Source: Candidatus Iainarchaeum sp.
Lineage (GTDB): Archaea > Iainarchaeota > Iainarchaeia > Iainarchaeales > DTGL01
Direction: 5' to 3'
Assembly (NCBI GenBank): GCA_026413945.1
Contig: JAOAJX010000004.1
Location: forward strand, 1-64,000
Length of the DNA stretch: 64,000 nucleotides
Position numbers and translations under genes: made by a program. Below, one piece after another: positions 58,799-64,000 of the stretch. Each line of letters begins with the position of its first letter. Within the stretch, counting starts at the first letter, position 1. The notes beneath the pieces are model-generated. The model made no database searches. It worked only from the letters and a program-made list of their open reading frames with translations, and was not told where the DNA came from.

Positions 58799-59605
58799 GT
58801 GTATATGGAAAAGTCAGTTTATGAAAGACCGGATGGAAGGAAGATTGACGAGCTTAGAAAAATAAAGATTGTGCCGTCTGTTCTCACTAGGGCGGATGGC
58901 TCGGCCTACATAGAGTGGGGGCAAAATAAAGCAATTGTTGGCGTATTTGGACCAAGAGAAGCATTGCCACAGCACATACAAAATCCAACAAAAGCACTTG
59001 TAAATTATGTGTACAGAATGGCTACTTTTTCTGTTCCTGAAAGAAAGAGTGCAAAGCCTGGACGCAGAGAAATAGAGATATCAAAAGTGTCTGGGGAAGC
59101 GCTTGAAAGTGCAATCTTTGTAGAAAGGTTTGCGAATGCTACGATAGACATATATGCATATCTGTTTGACAGCAATGCTGGAACAAGATGTGCTGCACTC
59201 ACGGCAGCGAGCGTTGCGCTTGCTGATGCTGGCATTCCTATGCGAGACCTTGTACCAGCCTGCGCAGTTGGTCGTGCCAATGGACAACTAATAGTAGACC
59301 CCTGTAAAGAGGAGGAAGATGCTGAAGATGCAGTTGATATGCCAATGGCCATATTGCCAAGAAATAAAGAAGTTGTTCTTTTGCAAATGGATGGTCTCCT
59401 AAGCCTAGAAGAATGGAAAAAAGCATTTCACTTAGGCCTAAATGGATGTATGCAAGTATACGAGATTCAAAAAAAAGCAATAAAAGAAAAATATGAAAGC
59501 ATAGAAAAAGAAGACAAAAAAGCAATAGAGGCATTAAATGAGGAAATGGAATGCCTCGAAAGCGAGGGTCAAAACTCAGCGGAGGGCGATTACGTTGAGG
59601 GATGA
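58799..59605 (+). CDS. rrp41: Exosome exonuclease Rrp41
   Basis: RPDGR..ELR, ADGSAY, GPRE, AGTRCA, ALADAGIPM. Confidence 0.94.
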   Translation: MYMEKSVYERPDGRKIDELRKIKIVPSVLTRADGSAYIEWGQNKAIVGVFGPREALPQHIQNPTKALVNYVYRMATFSVPERKSAKPGRREIEISKVSGEALESAIFVERFANATIDIYAYLFDSNAGTRCAALTAASVALADAGIPMRDLVPACAVGRANGQLIVDPCKEEEDAEDAVDMPMAILPRNKEVVLLQMDGLLSLEEWKKAFHLGLNGCMQVYEIQKKAIKEKYESIEKEDKKAIEALNEEMECLESEGQNSAEGDYVEG

Positions 59606-60401
59606 TATTTTGTTTGAACTGCAAGGAGAAAAAGCAAAAGCATATCTTGCGAAGGGAAAAAGGATAGATGGCCGCTCACTTATGGAGTACAGACCAATCT
59701 CAATAATACCAAATTTCTCTAAGAACGCAGACGGATCATGTCGTGTTAAAGTCGGGGAAACAGATGTTATTGCAGGTATAAAGATGGAGATAGGTGCGCC
59801 ATATCCTGATTCACCCAATGAAGGATCAATAAGTGTTGGTGCTGAGTTTACACCAATGGCATCACCGATATTCGAAACTGGACCGCCAGATGAATACTCA
59901 ATAGAGCTTGCAAGGGTGGTTGATAGGTGCATACGGGAGAGCAAAACGCTTGATTTTAAGCAGCTTCTTATAGAGGAAGCCACAAAGGCATGGATTGTCA
60001 ACATAGATGTATACGTGGTAAATGATGGTGGCAATCTTTTTGATGCAAGCTCTCTTGCAGCACTTGGTGCACTTATTGTTGCGAAAATACCAAAGATAGA
60101 AGGAGATAAGATAGTTAAAAACGAATATTCTGGAAAACTTGAACTTAGCTGTATGCCCTTGCTTACAACATTTTTCAAGATTGGAAACACAATATTTGCA
60201 GATGCAACTATAAGTGAAGAAAAAGCGGCAGATGCGAGGATTTCAGTTGGTTCTACGGAAAATAGGCAAATCTGTGCCATGCAGAAAGGGCTTGCTGGAA
60301 AGTTTACACAGCAAGAGATAGAAAGATGTTTTGAAATGACTTTTGAAAAGGCAGATGAGCTGAGGTCAACTCTTAAAGATGCCTTAGCAGCAGAAAGCTA
60401 A
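59538..60401 (+). CDS. rrp42: Exosome subunit Rrp42
   Basis: RIDGR..EYR, ELARVVDR.IRES, DGGNLFDA; true start likely TTG near 59595. Confidence 0.93.
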   Translation: MRKWNASKARVKTQRRAITLRDDILFELQGEKAKAYLAKGKRIDGRSLMEYRPISIIPNFSKNADGSCRVKVGETDVIAGIKMEIGAPYPDSPNEGSISVGAEFTPMASPIFETGPPDEYSIELARVVDRCIRESKTLDFKQLLIEEATKAWIVNIDVYVVNDGGNLFDASSLAALGALIVAKIPKIEGDKIVKNEYSGKLELSCMPLLTTFFKIGNTIFADATISEEKAADARISVGSTENRQICAMQKGLAGKFTQQEIERCFEMTFEKADELRSTLKDALAAES

Positions 60402-60420
60402 CATTATTTCAAAAGGATGA

Positions 60421-60807
60421 GTGATTTGTATGGGTGATACAAAAAAAGTAAAATATGCCGGTCGTTTTGGGCCGAGGTATGGAAAAGCCATTAGAGAAAG
60501 TATTGTGGAGGTAGAATCAAAACAACGCAAAAAACATACTTGCCCAAAGTGTGAATCAGAATCAGTAAAAAGAATCTCGACAGGAATTTTCTTTTGCAAG
60601 AAATGCAATGCTAAGTTTGCTGGGGGGGCATACACTCCGAACACCATGTCAGGAACAATTGTAAAAAAGATGGTTCGAACAAAAACATTCTTGCCTATGT
60701 TGAAAGAACTCATGGAGCAAACTGAGAAAAAGTTAGAACCGAGGGAAAATAAGGAAAAGCAGGGGAGTCAAAAAATGGAAGATAAAAATCAGTTTGATGA
60801 GGGGTAG
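60421..60807 (+). CDS. rpl37ae: 50S ribosomal protein eL43 (L37ae) with charged C-terminal extension
   Basis: AGRFGPRYG, CPKC, GIFFCKKC..FAGGAY. Confidence 0.93.
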   Translation: MICMGDTKKVKYAGRFGPRYGKAIRESIVEVESKQRKKHTCPKCESESVKRISTGIFFCKKCNAKFAGGAYTPNTMSGTIVKKMVRTKTFLPMLKELMEQTEKKLEPRENKEKQGSQKMEDKNQFDEG

Positions 60808-60815
60808 GTGTAAAA

Positions 60816-60947
60816 ATGTACAAATGCCTTAAATGTGGAAAAGAGTTTGCGGACATGCCAAAAGACCAAGTCAGATGCCCTTACTGTGCATATAGGGTTG
60901 TACTCAAAGCAAGATCAGAAGTTACAAAAAAGATAAAAGCGAGATAA
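60816..60947 (+). CDS. rpoP: RNA polymerase subunit P (Rpo12); missing from the ORF track because <60 aa
   Basis: MYKCLKCGKEFADMPKDQVRCPYCAYRVVLKARSEVTKKIKAR; GGTG upstream; conserved position after rpl37ae. Confidence 0.9.
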   Translation: MYKCLKCGKEFADMPKDQVRCPYCAYRVVLKARSEVTKKIKAR

Positions 60948-60948
60948 G

Positions 60949-61191
60949 ATGCTTGAGCAAATTATTGAATTAAAGCTTCTGTTTAAAAGCACAGCAGAAG
61001 CTAAAATCATATATTGGGCTGTTAAGCCAGATGTGATGAAGCACCAGAGGCGTTCTGAAACAAGGTTCAGAAGAAGCGGTCATACTTTAGAAATATTCAT
61101 AAGAGCTCATGATAAAAATGCACTGAGAGCATCTTTTAATGCAATAATGTCTCATTTATCACTAGCAAAAAAAGTAACTGAAATTTGCTAG
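60949..61191 (+). CDS. pcc1: KEOPS complex subunit Pcc1
   Basis: AVKPD, RS, I.A.D..ALRASFN. Confidence 0.85.
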   Translation: MLEQIIELKLLFKSTAEAKIIYWAVKPDVMKHQRRSETRFRRSGHTLEIFIRAHDKNALRASFNAIMSHLSLAKKVTEIC

Positions 61192-61221
61192 GTTTTTTAA
61201 ATAAAAAACAGAGGTGGTTTT

Positions 61222-61560
61222 ATGACTGAAGAACAGCAAAAGCAGCAAAGAATTATGGAATTCCAAAAAGGGAGAGAGCAGCTATTAAGCTTGGGGTCCA
61301 GGAAACAACAGCTCCAGATGCAACTTGCTATTGTGGACAGCGCACTAGTTGAGCTAAAGGATTCTAAACAAGAGAAAGTTTATAAGTTAGTTGGCAATAT
61401 AATGATCGAAAAAAGCACAAAAGACGCGGAGAAAGAGCTTAAAGAACTCAAGGAGCAACTCGAATCTAAAATAGATACTATGCAAAAACAAGAAGATTCT
61501 CTTATAAACCGCTTAAACAAGCTTAAGTCGCAAATAGAATCAAAAGAAAAAGAAGAGTAA
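61222..61560 (+). CDS. pfdB: Prefoldin subunit beta
   Basis: Coiled coils flanking VYKLVGNIMI. Confidence 0.9.
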   Translation: MTEEQQKQQRIMEFQKGREQLLSLGSRKQQLQMQLAIVDSALVELKDSKQEKVYKLVGNIMIEKSTKDAEKELKELKEQLESKIDTMQKQEDSLINRLNKLKSQIESKEKEE

Positions 61561-61565
61561 TTATA

Positions 61566-62540
61566 ATGGCTGTCAAAGATATTTTGCAATTACGTGGAAA
61601 AAACATACTTATTATAACGCATAAAGGGGCTGATGTTGATGCAATAGCATCAGCTGCAGTTTTAAGGGCGACCCTTATTAAAAATAACAATGTTGAAATT
61701 GCTGTCCCTGAACATGTAAATAGGAAAGCGAAGGAGATTGCAGAGAACTTAGACATACCATATTCAATGATGCCTGATTTTTCTCTTTTTCATGCACTTG
61801 TTTTTGTTGATCTAAATTCTTATGAAATGCTTGGCCGCTTTGAGGAAGAAGTTAAGGGCTCTAAATGCCAAAAATTTCTTTTTGATCACCATACTAAAAG
61901 CCAGGATGCTATTACAACTAAAGAAAACAGCTTAATAATTGAAGATGCCGCATCAACCACAGAAGTGCTGTCCTACTTCTTAAAAGATGAGAAAGAAGAA
62001 ATAAGCGAAGAACAAGCACTTTTAATTGCTTTAGGCATAATTTCTGACACAGATAGGTTTTCTTTTGCAAGCAAAGATACCTTTGGCATAATTGCAGATA
62101 TGCTAAAGATTAGTAAAAAAGACTTCAATGAAATTTTAAGCATGGTTTCTGAGCAGAGAAGCTTATCTGAGAAGATTGCAATATTAAAAGCCATGCAAAA
62201 AACCGAGATTATAAAGATAGGTGATATAATAATTGCTAAAGGTTGGATAGGTTCGTTTGAGGCACAAGCAGCTGAAGCCTTAATAAGCTGTGGCGCTGAT
62301 GTAGCCTTTGTTGGTGGTGTAACCGACGGCCATGCACGCATTTCTGGAAGGGCTGATTTTTTGTTTGCAAAAAATTATGGCTTAGACCTTGCAAATGAAA
62401 TATTTCAGAAGCTAACTCTTTTTTTTGAGGGTCGGGGTGGTGGCCATGCGACTGCAGCTTCTTTCACCGGCAAAGCTCAGGACCTAGAAAGAATTATGCA
62501 AAAATGCTTGGATCTGATAAGTGAAAGACTCGAAGCTTAA
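61566..62540 (+). CDS. DHH/DHHA1 phosphoesterase
   Basis: THKGADVDA, FVD, FDHH, SDT, GGGH. Confidence 0.9.
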   Translation: MAVKDILQLRGKNILIITHKGADVDAIASAAVLRATLIKNNNVEIAVPEHVNRKAKEIAENLDIPYSMMPDFSLFHALVFVDLNSYEMLGRFEEEVKGSKCQKFLFDHHTKSQDAITTKENSLIIEDAASTTEVLSYFLKDEKEEISEEQALLIALGIISDTDRFSFASKDTFGIIADMLKISKKDFNEILSMVSEQRSLSEKIAILKAMQKTEIIKIGDIIIAKGWIGSFEAQAAEALISCGADVAFVGGVTDGHARISGRADFLFAKNYGLDLANEIFQKLTLFFEGRGGGHATAASFTGKAQDLERIMQKCLDLISERLEA

Positions 62541-62564
62541 TTTGGATTTAGGCAGCTTTAAGAG

Positions 62565-63263
62565 TCAATTATTAGCTTTTTCAGAATTAAGTGTGTTAAC
62601 TATATCAATGAGCTCGCTTATATCTTTTAGTTCAAAATCTGGTTTTGTTGATGAGTAGTCATGTACCACTTGCCCATATTTTGCAAGGGCTGTCTTCATG
62701 CCCAATTTTTTTGCACCTAGAATGTCCCTCGCTGGATTATCTCCAACAAAGAGAATCTCTTGCGGTTTAAGATGGAGTGCCTTTAGGGCTTTTTTGTAGG
62801 GGCTTGCATGTGGCTTCATTTTTCCCTTGGGGCCACGAGCAACCACAACATCAAAAAATTCGCAAAGATTCATTTCGGCCAGACGCAACCATGCTTGCTT
62901 TATTGGTGCATCGCTTACTATGCCTATGCCAATTCCAAGCGACTTTAGTTTTATTAGTGTTTTCCTTGTGTTTGGATAAGGCGTCAATGATCCCATTTTG
63001 GCTTTCCTATATGCTACAATTGCGTTTGCAAGCATTGCATAATCCATTTTTCCGTTTACCTCTTTGATAAATCTATCAAATATGCTTTGATTTTCCATTC
63101 CATACTTCTCGTACATATCAAAAAGGATCTTAATTCCCTTTTCTTCATCTATCTGCAGACCAGCCTCAATCATTGCTCTTATAGCGGCTTCGCTTGCTGC
63201 GCGTTTCATCCGCATGAAATCTACTAAAGTGTTATCTAAATCAAATACAACAGCTCTTATCAT
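62565..63263 (-). CDS. HAD-superfamily hydrolase
   Basis: FDLDNTL, SD, KPH, VGDN..RDI.GA. Confidence 0.9.
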   Translation of the reverse strand: MIRAVVFDLDNTLVDFMRMKRAASEAAIRAMIEAGLQIDEEKGIKILFDMYEKYGMENQSIFDRFIKEVNGKMDYAMLANAIVAYRKAKMGSLTPYPNTRKTLIKLKSLGIGIGIVSDAPIKQAWLRLAEMNLCEFFDVVVARGPKGKMKPHASPYKKALKALHLKPQEILFVGDNPARDILGAKKLGMKTALAKYGQVVHDYSSTKPDFELKDISELIDIVNTLNSEKANN

Positions 63264-63315
63264 AAAAATCTATACTTATGAATAATTTTAAAAGACTCGA
63301 GTTTACAAAAAGGTG

Positions 63316-63639
63316 TCATTTCATGTTTTTTATTTTTAGGAAACAGTATTCACATATAAATTTCTTGTTGAAATCAATGCCAACTTCACTGTAGTTTCCG
63401 CAAAGAGTACATTGAGTCCCTTTTTTTTGTGTCTTCATAGTTGCCCAATCATAAAGCAGTTCCCATGTTACCCAATTTGGTAGCATTAACTCTTGCATCA
63501 CACTTTTATCATTGCGTGCTATTCGCTCAGCATAAGTTGTCAGAACATATTTTTCAATGTTCTCTAACCACTTAACACGGTCAATGTTGCCCTTGCGTGT
63601 GAATTCCATTATCTTTTGTTTATAGATTTCTCCTGCCAT
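63316..63639 (-). CDS. Hypothetical protein with C-terminal Zn ribbon
   Basis: CTLCG...ICEYC; GGTGA upstream. Confidence 0.65.
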   Translation of the reverse strand: MAGEIYKQKIMEFTRKGNIDRVKWLENIEKYVLTTYAERIARNDKSVMQELMLPNWVTWELLYDWATMKTQKKGTQCTLCGNYSEVGIDFNKKFICEYCFLKIKNMK

Positions 63640-63696
63640 ATAATCACCAAATAAAGATAAGCGGTATTATTTTTATTTTTTTGCTTTAAGCGAAAA

Positions 63697-64000
63697 TTAC
63701 CTTAGATAAACTATTAAACTACGGCTTTTTACTTTTTTTCTTTTTGAGTATTTTTCAAGATAGTGAATGGTGCTTTTTGGTATACCAGTAACTTGCTCAA
63801 TTTCGCGCAAAGGTCTGTGGTCACGGCGCATTTCAATTGCTGCTTTTATCTTAAACAATGGCACGCTAAGTGCATTTCCCCGCTCGGAGACAATAGCAGT
63901 GCATATATTGTTGGCTTCTATGAGCTTTTTTGCATTTTTTGAAAGTCTAGCATGAGAAGTTTTGCTCATAGTTATATTCTTTAAATTTTTACACTTTTTG
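63697..64000 (-). CDS. HTH-containing protein (DUF1699-like), 5' end beyond window
   Basis: Frame stays open to the window end (KKCKNLKNITMSKTS..); HTH LREIEQVTGIPKSTIHY. Confidence 0.55.
   Translation of the reverse strand, partial: KKCKNLKNITMSKTSHARLSKNAKKLIEANNICTAIVSERGNALSVPLFKIKAAIEMRRDHRPLREIEQVTGIPKSTIHYLEKYSKRKKVKSRSLIVYLR

Noticed and set aside
59576-60280. 234-aa antisense ORF opposite rrp42 (and many similar shadows)
   Set aside because: Codon-phase mirror of a conserved gene; Ser/Ile/Phe-rich with no motifs
1-64000. Alternative genetic code or stop-codon readthrough
   Set aside because: Conserved genes are full length and end at TAA, TAG or TGA as expected

Overview
Archaeal chromosomal window (standard code, GGTG/GGAGG-type Shine-Dalgarno sites, BHB tRNA introns). 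Gene content suggests a DPANN lineage such as Diapherotrites/Iainarchaeota; this is an inference. 1-10.1 kb: end of a CRISPR array, a complete type III-A cas operon (cas10-csm2-5, CARF-HEPN effector, cas6, cas1, cas2) and a divergent Csa3-like regulator. 10-35 kb: a PPP phosphatase, a Cys-rich surface protein, C/D sRNP genes, class III RNR and six aminoacyl-tRNA synthetases, including a bacterial-type AspRS, plus a RelA/SpoT homolog with an intact hydrolase and a degenerate synthetase. 35.4-39.2 kb is the most striking feature: a 3.8-kb element with perfect 21-bp terminal inverted repeats and an 8-bp target duplication (IS6-like, transposase remnant). It carries an intact tyrosine recombinase, attC/attI-like sites and a cassette encoding a radical SAM-EVE fusion, making it a candidate mobile integron-like system with a non-IntI integrase. 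39-64 kb: housekeeping genes (uL16, Mre11, degenerate ThiI, Acs, Topo VI, Rio1/Dim2/aIF cluster, proteasome-exosome superoperon interrupted by a PKD/Cys-rich surface gene). Four tRNAs, two with introns. All calls come from motif reading; no searches were run.
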